64,000 bases of DNA from an uncultured Desulfobulbia bacterium (GTDB taxonomy: Bacteria > Desulfobacterota > Desulfobulbia > Desulfobulbales > SURF-16): NCBI GenBank assembly GCA_964653055.1, contig CAZZCA010000010.1, positions 14,619 to 78,618 of the forward strand, read 5' to 3'. The translations under genes were made by a program, and so were the position numbers. Below, in pieces: positions 45,892 through 55,491 of this stretch (positions are counted from its first letter, which is position 1; each line of letters starts with the position of its first letter). Below the pieces are notes generated by a model. It ran no database searches. It saw only the letters and a list, made by a program, of their open reading frames with translations, and had not been told where the DNA came from.

Positions 45892-48180
45892 ATGTTAAGA
45901 CTCGGTCACCATCTCATCTCCCGCATTCTTTTTCTCGTCCTCTTTACAACCATCTGCGCCTGCTCCAACCCTGAGGAAGACAAGACAAGTCATTACCAGA
46001 GCGGAATGGAGCACCTGGCCAAGGAAGAGACCAAAGCCGCCATTCTTGAATTCCGCAATGCCGTCCAGATCGACCCCAAATACGCTGACGCCCGCTACCA
46101 ACTTGGCCTTGCCTACATGAAAACAGGGGAAATCAATAAGGCCTTCCAGGAATTGCAGCGAGCCAGCAGCCTTGATCCAACAAATCTTGATGCCATGCTA
46201 AAAACCGCCGAAATCCTCTTTCTGGCCAAAGACTATTCAGAGAGCCTGACTAGCACCCTCAAAATCCTGGAAAACGAGCCAGACAATGTCCCGGCCCTGA
46301 CCCTGCTTACCCACCTCAAGCTAAATGACGGCAACAACACCGCTGCAGCCACCACTCTGGACAAGGCAATCAGCCTCAAGCCTGATTCAGACAAGCTCTA
46401 TCTCCTAAAAGCCAGAATTGCCAATATCAACCAGAACCCGGATGAAACAGAAACTTATCTGCAAAAAGCCATCAGCCTTAACCATGACAACAAACAAAAC
46501 CACCGGGCCCTTATTGCCTTTTACATCGCCAGCAAACAAATAGACCAGGCCGAAGAGCAATTAATTGAAATGACCAAAATCTTCCCCGAGGACTTCAACC
46601 CCTTCATCAACCTTGCCGGCTTCTACCAGCGAAGTGGCAAAAAAGAAAAAGCAGCCCTGGCCATTGACCAGGCCCTGGCCCTTGACCCTGAAAACGAGAA
46701 CATCCATCTTTTCAAGGCAGGATTCCACCAAAAAAACCATGAGCCGGATCTTGCCGAAAAAACCCTGCTCCAGGCCATCGCTGCCCTGCCTGAGGCAAAA
46801 TCCTGCCAGACCATGCTGGCTGATATCTATGTTGAGCAGATGAAGCTAACCGAAGCCGAGAACATCCTTCAGAAATTACTCGTCTTAAAAGACATCCCAC
46901 CCGGGGCCAAACTGGTCCAGGCCAAGATAGCAGTAATCAATAATGACAATGACAAGGCCCTGACCATCCTCGACAAATTGCTGGCTGATAATCCCAAATG
47001 GGGAGAGGCCCATCTCCAGCAGGCCCTGGCCCACCAGAACAAGGGTAATGAAGAGTTATCACAAAAAGCCGTGGAAGAAGCGGTGAAATTCACCCCGGGC
47101 AACTCCCAGGCCCATACCCTGCTGGCCCATCTCCACCTGGGCAAGAAAAACCAGGAACTGGCCAGAAAAGAGGCCGCCATTGCCATAAAACTTGAACCCC
47201 GCAATTTTCGGGCTGCCCTTATCCTCGGCAAGACCTTCCTTGCCGACCATGAGCCGCAAAAGGCCATCAAGGTCTTTGAGAAAATTTCCCGCATTCTCCC
47301 AGAAAACATTGAAGTTCTCCATAACCTTGCCATCAGCCGAATGGCAACCAGGGAACCGGAAAAAGCAGCTGTATCCTTCCGCAAAATACTTGAGCTGAAC
47401 CCCGACCATTCCCCCAGCCTGGCCGCCCTGGTTTCCATCACCATCCGGAGCAAAGGCGCAGGAGAAGCCGTAAAACTGGTTCAGCAGCAATTAGCAAAAT
47501 CACCGGACACCCCGGGGCATTTAATGCTACTGGGAGACCTCTATCTCCAGCAGAAACAATTAACCGACGCAGCAGCCACTTTTCGCCAGGCCCAACAGGT
47601 CGCTCCGGAAAACCCAAGAACCTACCTACGTTTGGGCCAGGTACTTAAAATGAAAGATCAGCCCGAAAAAGCCATGGCCGTCTATCATAAGCTCCTGACC
47701 AGACACCCAGGCTCCCTTGCCGGCCTGATGGAACTTGCCAGCCTGCAGGAAACGACCAGCCAGCCTAAAGAGGCCAAAGCAAATTACCAGAAGATCCTGG
47801 CAATCAAACCAGACTTTGCCCCGGCCGCTAATAATCTGGCCTGGCTGGTCACCCAGGAAGCAAACCCCGACCTGGGCGAAGCCCTGCGCCTTGCCCTTGT
47901 TGCCAAAGAGCATATGTCAGAAGACCCCAATGTCAGTGACACCCTGGGCTATATCTACTACCTGCGCGGCTCCTACAGCCTGGCTGTCAGCCAGCTGACC
48001 GAGGCAGCCAGCCTCCTTTCCGACTCACCCACTGTCAATTACCATCTGGCCATGGCCCTTAAAGGAAAAGGGGAGACAGAAAAAGCCCTGACCGCCTTAA
48101 AAAGATCACTGTCCCTAAGTGGTGACTTCCCCGAAAAAAGCAAGGCCAAAGCCCTGCTTCGCAGGTGGCAACAGAGCTGA
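45892..48180 (+). CDS. prsT: PEP-CTERM-system TPR-repeat lipoprotein
   Basis: 762 aa. Lipobox-like LFTTICAC|S. TPR repeats throughout. Divergent from the export operon, as in canonical XrtA loci. Confidence 0.75.
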   Translation: MLRLGHHLISRILFLVLFTTICACSNPEEDKTSHYQSGMEHLAKEETKAAILEFRNAVQIDPKYADARYQLGLAYMKTGEINKAFQELQRASSLDPTNLDAMLKTAEILFLAKDYSESLTSTLKILENEPDNVPALTLLTHLKLNDGNNTAAATTLDKAISLKPDSDKLYLLKARIANINQNPDETETYLQKAISLNHDNKQNHRALIAFYIASKQIDQAEEQLIEMTKIFPEDFNPFINLAGFYQRSGKKEKAALAIDQALALDPENENIHLFKAGFHQKNHEPDLAEKTLLQAIAALPEAKSCQTMLADIYVEQMKLTEAENILQKLLVLKDIPPGAKLVQAKIAVINNDNDKALTILDKLLADNPKWGEAHLQQALAHQNKGNEELSQKAVEEAVKFTPGNSQAHTLLAHLHLGKKNQELARKEAAIAIKLEPRNFRAALILGKTFLADHEPQKAIKVFEKISRILPENIEVLHNLAISRMATREPEKAAVSFRKILELNPDHSPSLAALVSITIRSKGAGEAVKLVQQQLAKSPDTPGHLMLLGDLYLQQKQLTDAAATFRQAQQVAPENPRTYLRLGQVLKMKDQPEKAMAVYHKLLTRHPGSLAGLMELASLQETTSQPKEAKANYQKILAIKPDFAPAANNLAWLVTQEANPDLGEALRLALVAKEHMSEDPNVSDTLGYIYYLRGSYSLAVSQLTEAASLLSDSPTVNYHLAMALKGKGETEKALTALKRSLSLSGDFPEKSKAKALLRRWQQS

Positions 48181-48190
48181 CAAGGCCCAG

Positions 48191-48889
48191 ATGAGCAAAA
48201 TCTTTGCCATTGGCGACATCCATGGCTGCCACCAGACCCTTAACGAGTTACTGGACCTGATTAATCCCAGGGCCGGCCAGGACAGAATCGTCTTTCTCGG
48301 AGATTATATCAATCGGGGACCGTGTTCAAAAGAGGTTATTGAGCAAATAATCTCCGTAAAAAAAACATACCCAGGCACCATAACCCTCATGGGCAACCAT
48401 GAGCAGATCCTGTTGGCCTCTCTGGCCGGTGGCGAAACAGATTTTTTCCTGAGAATGGGAGGGAAACAAACCCTGGCCAGCTATGGCCTGAAAGAAAACG
48501 AAAGCAGCAGCTTATTAGCCAGGATACCGGCCAGCCATCTTGCTTTTCTCGAGAACCTGATGTTCCTGTGGCATACCGAAGATTACATCTTTGTCCATGC
48601 CGGTCTTCAGCCCGGCCTGCACCTGAGCCAGCAATCCGCCCAATGGTGCTGCTGGGCCCGGGATGATTTTATAAATTCAAACTTTGATTTTGGCAGGAAA
48701 ATAATCTTTGGTCATACCCCATTCTCCAACCCCCTGATGACTGACAATAAAATAGGGATTGACACCGGCACTGTTTACGGAGGAAAGCTCACCTGCCTGG
48801 TTCTTCCAGAAAGAGAACTCATAAAAGTCGATTGCCGGGACAAACCCATCTGGCCAGGCTCTTTAAAAGAGGTTCCGCCAACCAGATAA
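48191..48889 (+). CDS. Metallophosphoesterase, PPP-family Ser/Thr(/Tyr) protein phosphatase-like
   Basis: Start taken at the ATG at 48191 (MSKIFAIGDIHGCH) rather than the overlapping track start. Motifs are GDIHG, GDYINRG (N where D is canonical) and GNHE. Confidence 0.8.
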   Translation: MSKIFAIGDIHGCHQTLNELLDLINPRAGQDRIVFLGDYINRGPCSKEVIEQIISVKKTYPGTITLMGNHEQILLASLAGGETDFFLRMGGKQTLASYGLKENESSSLLARIPASHLAFLENLMFLWHTEDYIFVHAGLQPGLHLSQQSAQWCCWARDDFINSNFDFGRKIIFGHTPFSNPLMTDNKIGIDTGTVYGGKLTCLVLPERELIKVDCRDKPIWPGSLKEVPPTR

Positions 48890-48917
48890 GTCAAGATGAA
48901 AAAACTATCGTCAAAGT

Positions 48918-50066
48918 CTAAATTTCGAGCATCCGCCCCAGAGCCAGCCTGGCTCCGGCTGCGATTTTATCATCAACTGTAACCTGATTTACCACCTGTC
49001 CCTCAGCGATCCCGTCCAATACCGCCAGAAGGCTGGCCGGAGTAATTAAAGCCATGGTCTCGCAACGACATGGACTGTCTGCCAGCAGATGAACTTCCTT
49101 TTCCGGGAACTGATCAGCCAATCGCTTGACCAGATTAACCTCCGTCCCCACGGCCCAGGCACTGCCGGATTCCGAACTTGCCACCGCCTCAATAATTCGC
49201 TCGGTGGAGCCATAAAAATCAGCCTGGGAAACCGCCCCATAGCGGCTTTCCGGATGAATGATTATCTTTATCTCCGGTTTCTGCTCTCGCCAGCCCTGTA
49301 GCTGCTCCACGGTAAATTCCATATGGACATGACAATAACCGTCCCATAACAGAATCCGGGCTCCGGCAAGCTGCTCCGGACTATTCCCCCCCAGAGGTTT
49401 ACCCCGCTGCCAGAGAACAATCTCATCATCACTGACCCCCAGGGCTTTTGCGGAATTTCGCCCCAGATGCTCATCCGGAAAGAAAAAGACCTTCTCCCCC
49501 CGGTTAAAGGCCCACTCAAGAACCCGCTCAGCATTGGAAGAGGTACAGACCGAACCACCACGCTCCCCGACAAAGGCCTTGATCCTGGCCGAAGAATTAA
49601 CATAGGTAACCGGGACAATGGCCGAGTTATCAACAACCCCACCTATCTCCTCCCAGGCAGCTTCAACCTCATCAATGGTGGCCATATCTGCCATGGGGCA
49701 TCCTGCCCCAAGATCCGGCAGCATAACAGCCTGACCTTCAGCCGCCAGGATGTCAGCAGACTCTGCCATGAAATGAACCCCACAAAAAATAATATAGGGA
49801 ACATCCTTGGCCTCGGCTGCCTCCCTGGCCAGCTTAAGCGAATCTCCAGTCATGTCAGCAAACTGAAAAACATCCTCATGCTGATAATGATGACATAGAA
49901 TAAGAACCCTGCCCGCCAGTTCTTTTTTTCGGGCCTCAATCCGCCTCATCACTTCCTGACTATCCACCTCAACCCCCATCTGCTCTGAACCCATTCTCCC
50001 CAGCTCCATCAATATTTCTAAAAATTTATCCACCACCTGAACAAAAAAGGCATAAAGGTAATTCAT
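48918..50066 (-). CDS. nadA: Quinolinate synthase
   Basis: 382 aa at maximum. HHYQHEDVFQFADMTGDSLKLA, FCGVHFMAESADIL and other NadA blocks. The true start may be an internal Met (50009 or 49994). Confidence 0.9.
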   Translation of the reverse strand: MNYLYAFFVQVVDKFLEILMELGRMGSEQMGVEVDSQEVMRRIEARKKELAGRVLILCHHYQHEDVFQFADMTGDSLKLAREAAEAKDVPYIIFCGVHFMAESADILAAEGQAVMLPDLGAGCPMADMATIDEVEAAWEEIGGVVDNSAIVPVTYVNSSARIKAFVGERGGSVCTSSNAERVLEWAFNRGEKVFFFPDEHLGRNSAKALGVSDDEIVLWQRGKPLGGNSPEQLAGARILLWDGYCHVHMEFTVEQLQGWREQKPEIKIIIHPESRYGAVSQADFYGSTERIIEAVASSESGSAWAVGTEVNLVKRLADQFPEKEVHLLADSPCRCETMALITPASLLAVLDGIAEGQVVNQVTVDDKIAAGARLALGRMLEI

Positions 50067-50132
50067 ATACCCTTATGCCCCTATAATTTCAAGACTGCCC
50101 TGTAATTCAGGTCATCTCGACAAGATCATTTA

Positions 50133-50663
50133 TCAATTACTGCGAACCCAAGCTGCCTGGGGTCCTTTATCCCCCTGGGAAAGACCGAAAACCACCGAAT
50201 CACCCTCAGCAAGATCATCCATCACCAGATTTTTCAAGGAATTCTCATGGAAATAAACGTCCTTCCCCTCCAAGGTGGCAATAAACCCATAGGACTCAAA
50301 CGGGGAAAGGCTCTTAATTGTCCCCAACACACTGCCCGCATCTCCGGCATCAGCCATCTTCTGACTCTGCCGTCTTTTACGCTGCAATTCCTTGAGCTGC
50401 AACCCAAGGGTGTCAAAGGCCTCAGTCACCAGGGGCCTGACCAGCTCACCCTTGCGGGTTACCACCACTGTATCATTGGGCACACCGGCGACAAGCTTCA
50501 CCTCATGGCCACCCTGCTTCTGATGGCTTGTTGCCTCAATGCTTATCCGCAGGTTATGAACCAGACCGGGATGATGCCGCCCTAACCGCTCTTTCTCCTC
50601 TTCAATTTTTTCCTGCCACGATTTTCTCAGATCAAGATTACGGCCTTCTACCTTAAGCTCCAT
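50133..50663 (-). CDS. hpf: Ribosome hibernation factor (HPF/RaiA, S30AE family) fused to a C-terminal cold-shock domain
   Basis: Start at the ATG at 50663 (MELKVEGRNLDL), with AGGAGG 5 nt upstream; the track start is a GTG two codons earlier. The N-terminal roughly 100 aa are HPF-like. The C-terminus GTIKSLSPFESYGFIATLEGKDVYFHENSL...GDSVVFGLSQGDKGPQAAWV aligns by eye to CspA (RNP1/RNP2 positions). Confidence 0.7.
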   Translation of the reverse strand: MELKVEGRNLDLRKSWQEKIEEEKERLGRHHPGLVHNLRISIEATSHQKQGGHEVKLVAGVPNDTVVVTRKGELVRPLVTEAFDTLGLQLKELQRKRRQSQKMADAGDAGSVLGTIKSLSPFESYGFIATLEGKDVYFHENSLKNLVMDDLAEGDSVVFGLSQGDKGPQAAWVRSN

Positions 50664-50817
50664 AGACACCTCCTGAAAGGCGGGGTAATTTATCTAAAAA
50701 TAAATCGACCCCAGATAATTGAAAAGAACCAACAAGGGGAAACGAGAAAACAATCCGCATCCCATAAAAACAGAATATCATATTAATGATCTCTGTTCCA
50801 ATTTTCTTACAAAAAAA

Positions 50818-51852
50818 TCAGGCAAGAGCAGCTTTTTTACTGATAAATGAACGTACCCCTGCCAGCCGTCGGGCAGAATCGAGCAGACGTTTCGTCCCGA
50901 AAACGCCCTGGGTCCTGGCTTCAACCATGACCCCATGGGCCTCTCTGACTTTCTCGTGCTCCTCACAGATCAGAAGAAGATCGGCACCAGCCTGAAAAGA
51001 AAGGGTGGCAGCCCGGGCAGCGGTCATCTCATTTTCAATGGCCCCCATCTCCAGATCATCGGTCAGGAGCAAACCATCATAACCCAGCTTATCACGAAGA
51101 AGCCCGGTGAGAATCTGCCCGGACAGAGTAGCGGGCCACCTGGGGTCCAGATCCTCATAAATGGTATGGGAAGTCATCAGGGCCAACCCCCCATCTTCCA
51201 TGACCCTGACAAAGGGCTCCAGATGTCCTGCCATCTCGTCTCGGGAGCTGGACACCCTGGGTAATTGCTGGTGGGGATCCAGTCGGGCCATCCCCAACCC
51301 GGGGAAATGTTTGGCACAGGCCACCAGGCCACGATCCTGCATTTCCCGGATAATTAACATACCCCTCTCAGCCACCTGGCGGGGGTCCTCCCCCAGGACA
51401 CGCCGCTCCATAAAATATCCCTGGCCCTGGGGACAAACATCAAGAACCGGGGCCAGATTCATATTAATCCCAACCCCCAAAAGCTCTTTTGCACAGATGC
51501 GGCCATAAGCAATCAGGGCCTGATCTCCATCCTCAGCCATAACCCGGGCATCCGGAAAAACACTAAAAGGTTCCGTCAGCCGGGCAACTGTTCCCCCTTC
51601 CTGATCAATGGCGATTAAAGGGAAGGGCAAGTCGTTCTCCTGACAGACAGCAGCCAGGTCATGGCAAAGTCGCTGTAATTGTCCGGGGTTTATGAAATTG
51701 CGGCGGAAAATTACAAAATTATTAATCGCAAGCTCACGGACAAGCTGCTCAGTGGAAGAATCCAGTTCCGGCCCGGGCATGCCCACCATGAAAAAAGAGC
51801 CTGTCTCCGGCAAATTCCCCTGATCAGCCATTATAGTCCACAGGATCTTCAT
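50818..51852 (-). CDS. nagZ: Beta-N-acetylhexosaminidase (GH3)
   Basis: [17 protein letters not shown] and [10 protein letters not shown] motifs. The track start at 51933 overlaps queC by 110 nt. The ATG at 51852 (GAGG SD) or at 51831 is more plausible. Confidence 0.85.
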   Translation of the reverse strand: MKILWTIMADQGNLPETGSFFMVGMPGPELDSSTEQLVRELAINNFVIFRRNFINPGQLQRLCHDLAAVCQENDLPFPLIAIDQEGGTVARLTEPFSVFPDARVMAEDGDQALIAYGRICAKELLGVGINMNLAPVLDVCPQGQGYFMERRVLGEDPRQVAERGMLIIREMQDRGLVACAKHFPGLGMARLDPHQQLPRVSSSRDEMAGHLEPFVRVMEDGGLALMTSHTIYEDLDPRWPATLSGQILTGLLRDKLGYDGLLLTDDLEMGAIENEMTAARAATLSFQAGADLLLICEEHEKVREAHGVMVEARTQGVFGTKRLLDSARRLAGVRSFISKKAALA

Positions 51853-52519
51853 AACCGGCCTCACTAAAACCACGAAGCCGCAATTGACAGGCATCACATC
51901 GGCCACAGGCCCGTCCTTTACTGTCTGGGTCATAACAGCTGTGGGTCAAGCCATAATCCACCCCGAGACCAACACCCTTTTCAATAATCTCCCTCTTGGT
52001 CAGATGCATGAGAGGGGCATGGATGGTAAAATACCCTTCGCCCTCCACCCCGGCCCTGGTACCCAGATTGGCAACCTGTTCAAAGGCTGCAAGAAATTCA
52101 GGCCGGCAATCAGGATAACCGCTGTAATCAAGGACATTGATCCCTATAAAAATATCTCGGGCCCCAAGAACCTCAGCCCAGGCCACGGCATGTGACAAGA
52201 AAATGGTATTTCGCCCCGGAACATAGGTAACGGGAATGGAAGAAGACATCTCCTTCTCTGATCGTTCTTTGGGCACTTCCAGGTCAGAGGTCAAGGCCGA
52301 TCCTCCAATTTTATCAAGATCAAGACCCAGAACAAGATGGGAGACATCGCCAAACAGCCGGGCAATCTCTTTCGCCTTTGCTAGTTCAACTTCCTGGCGC
52401 TGACCATAAGCAAAACTCAGGCAATAACAATCATAGCCATCAGCCTGGGCCTGGGCCAGAACCGTGGTTGAGTCAAGGCCTCCACTCAATAAAACTACTG
52501 CTTTATTCTTATCTTTCAT
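51824..52519 (-). CDS. queC: 7-cyano-7-deazaguanine synthase
   Basis: 231 aa. [16 protein letters not shown]-loop. C-terminal Zn-Cys cluster [20 protein letters not shown]. Confidence 0.9.
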   Translation of the reverse strand: MKDKNKAVVLLSGGLDSTTVLAQAQADGYDCYCLSFAYGQRQEVELAKAKEIARLFGDVSHLVLGLDLDKIGGSALTSDLEVPKERSEKEMSSSIPVTYVPGRNTIFLSHAVAWAEVLGARDIFIGINVLDYSGYPDCRPEFLAAFEQVANLGTRAGVEGEGYFTIHAPLMHLTKREIIEKGVGLGVDYGLTHSCYDPDSKGRACGRCDACQLRLRGFSEAGYEDPVDYNG

Positions 52520-52560
52520 AATTATCCGATAATTTTAATAGACGCCCCGGGCAAAAAACC

Positions 52561-53256
52561 TTAAGCCAGCCGAACCGGCAAAGAATGCCGGACCCTGATC
52601 TCCTCCGGCCCAACCTCAGCCTGATAAGCCAAAATCTTGACACCCCGGGCTGCCGCCTGTTGCAGAGTATCTGCATAGATGGGATCAATATGGGCAGCAG
52701 AGCTGAAAACCATGCCATCCATCCGCTGCACACAGAAAAATAAAGCCGCGGCAAACCCTTTATCCCGCAATACCATCAACTCCTGCAGGTGCTTGACCCC
52801 ACGGGCCGTCACCGCATCTGGAAACATGGCCCTCCCCTCCTCCACCATGGTGCAGTTCTTCACCTCGACATAAATATCACCCTGACTCCGATGCAGGAGG
52901 AAATCAAGTCGGCTTTTATCCGACACCGTAACCTCTGCCTCGATACTGTCAATCTCGCCAAATTCCGTAACAATCCCTCCGGCAAAGGCCTCCCGGGCAA
53001 GATGGTTGGTCCTGACAGTATTAACCCCAACCCAGACACCTTTCACCTCAATCATCTCCAGGGTAAAAGGATATTTACGCTTAGGATTATCCGAACGGGA
53101 AAGAAATACCTGGTTCCCCTGCTCCAGGCACCCCCGCATACTGCCGGTATTAGGGCAATGGACAGTCAAAACCGAACCGTCCGCCAGCTCAACATCAACT
53201 AAAAAACGCTTATACCTTCTCAAGAATTTCCCGGACAATAACGAACCAAGCTTCAT
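52561..53256 (-). CDS. sfsA: Sugar fermentation stimulation protein A homologue
   Basis: 231 aa. FLRRYKRFLVDVELADGSVLTVHCPNTGSM is the SfsA N-terminal signature. Confidence 0.85.
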   Translation of the reverse strand: MKLGSLLSGKFLRRYKRFLVDVELADGSVLTVHCPNTGSMRGCLEQGNQVFLSRSDNPKRKYPFTLEMIEVKGVWVGVNTVRTNHLAREAFAGGIVTEFGEIDSIEAEVTVSDKSRLDFLLHRSQGDIYVEVKNCTMVEEGRAMFPDAVTARGVKHLQELMVLRDKGFAAALFFCVQRMDGMVFSSAAHIDPIYADTLQQAAARGVKILAYQAEVGPEEIRVRHSLPVRLA

Positions 53257-53343
53257 TTAATCTCTCTACCGAGGCGACTTGTTAAAAAACACTATTTAGA
53301 ATAGCTTATTATAAATAAGCACCTTAAAGCCAATGGATGGATA

Positions 53344-53646
53344 ATGACTGATAATCACCAATCTGACAAGACCAGCCGGAAAAAAGCCGTGGCCCTCAGC
53401 TACCAGCAAAACGATGCCCCTCCCCGGGTAGCGGCCAAAGGAGCCGGTTATCTGGCAGAGAAGATAATCAACCTGGCCCGCAAACACAATGTCCCGATCC
53501 ATCAGGACCAGGACCTCACCGAAATCCTGGCCGCCCTGGAACCAGAGCAGGAAATCCCCCCTTCAGCCTTTATCGCTGTGGCTGAAATTCTGACCTTCAT
53601 CTATCAGGCAAATTCCAGCTTCGAGCCAGACAAACCCCAATCTTAA
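53344..53646 (+). CDS. Stand-alone FlhB C-terminal-domain-like protein (EscU/YscU/HrcU family export-switch fragment)
   Basis: 100 aa. KAVALSYQQNDAPPRVAAKGAGYLAEKIINLARKHNVPIHQDQDL...AVAEIL aligns by eye to the FlhB region just after the NPTH cleavage site. Confidence 0.75.
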   Translation: MTDNHQSDKTSRKKAVALSYQQNDAPPRVAAKGAGYLAEKIINLARKHNVPIHQDQDLTEILAALEPEQEIPPSAFIAVAEILTFIYQANSSFEPDKPQS

Positions 53647-53874
53647 CACCAGTAGGCATTTTTTTCCCCTTTTTCCCCATGGCTGGAAAATTGACATACG
53701 CCATGGGCTATCAGGCCCCTCCAACCCTGTTGGTATTATAAAAACACTTCTTTCTGCCCAAACTTCTTCCCCGGGCTAACCAGTTGATTTCCTGACACTT
53801 TCACCCAAGGATCCGGAACCATACCGCTTCCCGGGTGCCACCCCCGCAGCTGATAACCACATCATCAACCCTTC

Positions 53875-53890
53875 TGGCATAAGTGTTGCT
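53875..53890 (+). promoter_or_regulatory. Sigma-54 (-24/-12) type promoter upstream of flgF
   Basis: TGGCATAAGTGTTGCT has GG and GC correctly spaced (TGGCAC-N5-TTGCW with one mismatch). It lies about 55 nt upstream of the ATG at 53944. Confidence 0.55.
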
Positions 53891-53943
53891 AATACTTAAC
53901 TTTAAATAAATCTAACTATTCAGCAGAACCAGAGGAAATCTCC

Positions 53944-54669
53944 ATGTTCATCCAAAACAGGCTCGGTCTCATCGAATGTACGGAAACCATGCTGGCCCAG
54001 AGCCAGCGCCTGAATCAGGTCACCAACAACCTGGCCAATGTAGACACCTCCGGCTATAAACGGGAAGACCTCACCTTCTGGGAGATGCTTTACACCACCA
54101 ACGAAGACCGGCAACGGGTTGGCAAAGCCATCCGGCTGACCACCGACCATGAACAGGGGGCTGCCGTGGAGACCGGCAACCAGCTTGATTTTGCCATCAG
54201 CGGCAAAGGATTTTTCAAAATCCAGACCCCGGACGGGGTTGCCTTCACCCGAAGCGGCCAATTCCATCCCAATCACCAGGGCCAGCTAATCACCCCCGCC
54301 GGCCATCTGGTTCTGGGTAAAGGTGGCCCCATTGTGATCAACGGCAACCATGTCAGCGTCAGCGAAAAGGGTAATATCCAGGTTGACGGGCAGACAATGG
54401 ACCAATTCCAGATAGTCCAGTTTGCCGACCCTGACCAACTTGCCAAAAAAGGGGAGAACCTCTTTCAGGCTGAAGGCAATATACAGGAAGAGGAAGCCGG
54501 GGATTTCAGCCTCAAGCAAGGCTTTCTCGAAGGTTCCAATGTTAACACCATCTCAGAAATGACCGTGATGCTGGAGCTGCATCGGGCCTACCAGACCCAG
54601 CAGCGAATAATCCGCACCTTCGACGACATGGACAATAAAGCCATTAACAACGTCGGCAAATTGACCTAA
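53944..54669 (+). CDS. flgF: Flagellar basal-body rod protein FlgF
   Basis: 241 aa. N-terminal NNLANVDTSGYKRE rod motif. C-terminal LEGSNVN...EMTVMLELHRAYQ. Confidence 0.85.
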   Translation: MFIQNRLGLIECTETMLAQSQRLNQVTNNLANVDTSGYKREDLTFWEMLYTTNEDRQRVGKAIRLTTDHEQGAAVETGNQLDFAISGKGFFKIQTPDGVAFTRSGQFHPNHQGQLITPAGHLVLGKGGPIVINGNHVSVSEKGNIQVDGQTMDQFQIVQFADPDQLAKKGENLFQAEGNIQEEEAGDFSLKQGFLEGSNVNTISEMTVMLELHRAYQTQQRIIRTFDDMDNKAINNVGKLT

Positions 54670-54705
54670 GCAGCAAAGAATTTTCAAGATAAAGGAGAAT
54701 CGTAA

Positions 54706-55488
54706 ATGATCAGAGCCTTATACACCTCAAAGACCGGCATGAACGGGCAACAGATGCAGCTAGACGTCATCTCCAATAACCTGGCCAATGTAAATACCGG
54801 CGGCTTCAAAAAAAGCACGGTCCAGTTCGAAGACCTGCTGTACCAGACCCTGCGTGCAGTGGGAGCTGAAACAAGCGGAGGCGGTAAGGTCCCCACCGGC
54901 ATCCAGGTAGGAATGGGAGTCCGGCCCACCGCAGTTCAGAAGATCTTTACCCAGGGCGATTATATTGAAACAGGAAACGACCTGGATATGGCCATTGAAG
55001 GACGCGGCTTCTTCAAAATTCTCCGGGACGGTGATGAATATTATACCAGAGCCGGTTCCTTTAAGCGGGACAGTGAAGGCTATATTGTCTCCAGTAACGG
55101 CGACCGCCTCCAGCCCGAATTCGCCATCCCGGCGGAAGCCGTCCTGGTGGAAATCGATGGCGGCGGCCTGATCACGGCTTTAGATGCCTCGCAGAACATT
55201 ATTGCCTCAAGCCAGCTCACCCTCCATAATTTTATCAACCCCGCCGGCCTGAAGGCCATGGGAAGCAACCTCTTTCTCCCCACCGAATCATCCGGCACCC
55301 CGGAAGAAAGCAATCCCGGGGCTGACGGCACCGGCACCATCGCCCAGAACTTCCTCGAAACCTCCAATGTGGATGTAACCGAGGAAATGGTTAACCTCAT
55401 CGTCACCCAGCGGGCATTTGAGGTTAACTCCAAAGGAATAACCACCGCAGATAAATTACTGGAAATAACCAATAGCCTGGTTCGTTAA
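54706..55488 (+). CDS. flgG: Flagellar distal rod protein FlgG
   Basis: 260 aa. MIRALYTSKTGMNGQQMQLDVISNNLANVNTGGFKK. C-terminal LETSNVDVTEEMVNLIVTQRAFE. AAGGAG SD. Confidence 0.9.
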   Translation: MIRALYTSKTGMNGQQMQLDVISNNLANVNTGGFKKSTVQFEDLLYQTLRAVGAETSGGGKVPTGIQVGMGVRPTAVQKIFTQGDYIETGNDLDMAIEGRGFFKILRDGDEYYTRAGSFKRDSEGYIVSSNGDRLQPEFAIPAEAVLVEIDGGGLITALDASQNIIASSQLTLHNFINPAGLKAMGSNLFLPTESSGTPEESNPGADGTGTIAQNFLETSNVDVTEEMVNLIVTQRAFEVNSKGITTADKLLEITNSLVR

Positions 55489-55491
55489 TTA

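Noticed and set aside
52520-52560. A possible preQ1 riboswitch upstream of queC.
   Set aside because: Only 41 nt separate sfsA and queC, which is too short, and no preQ1-like hairpin/A-rich tail motif is evident.
53824-53840. A minus-strand sequence, TGGCACCCGGGAAGCGG, has correct GG-N10-GC spacing and lies in the flgF upstream region.
   Set aside because: It points away from flgF into the 3' end of the FlhB-like gene, with no downstream minus-strand ORF. The -12 box lacks the TT. It is probably a chance match.
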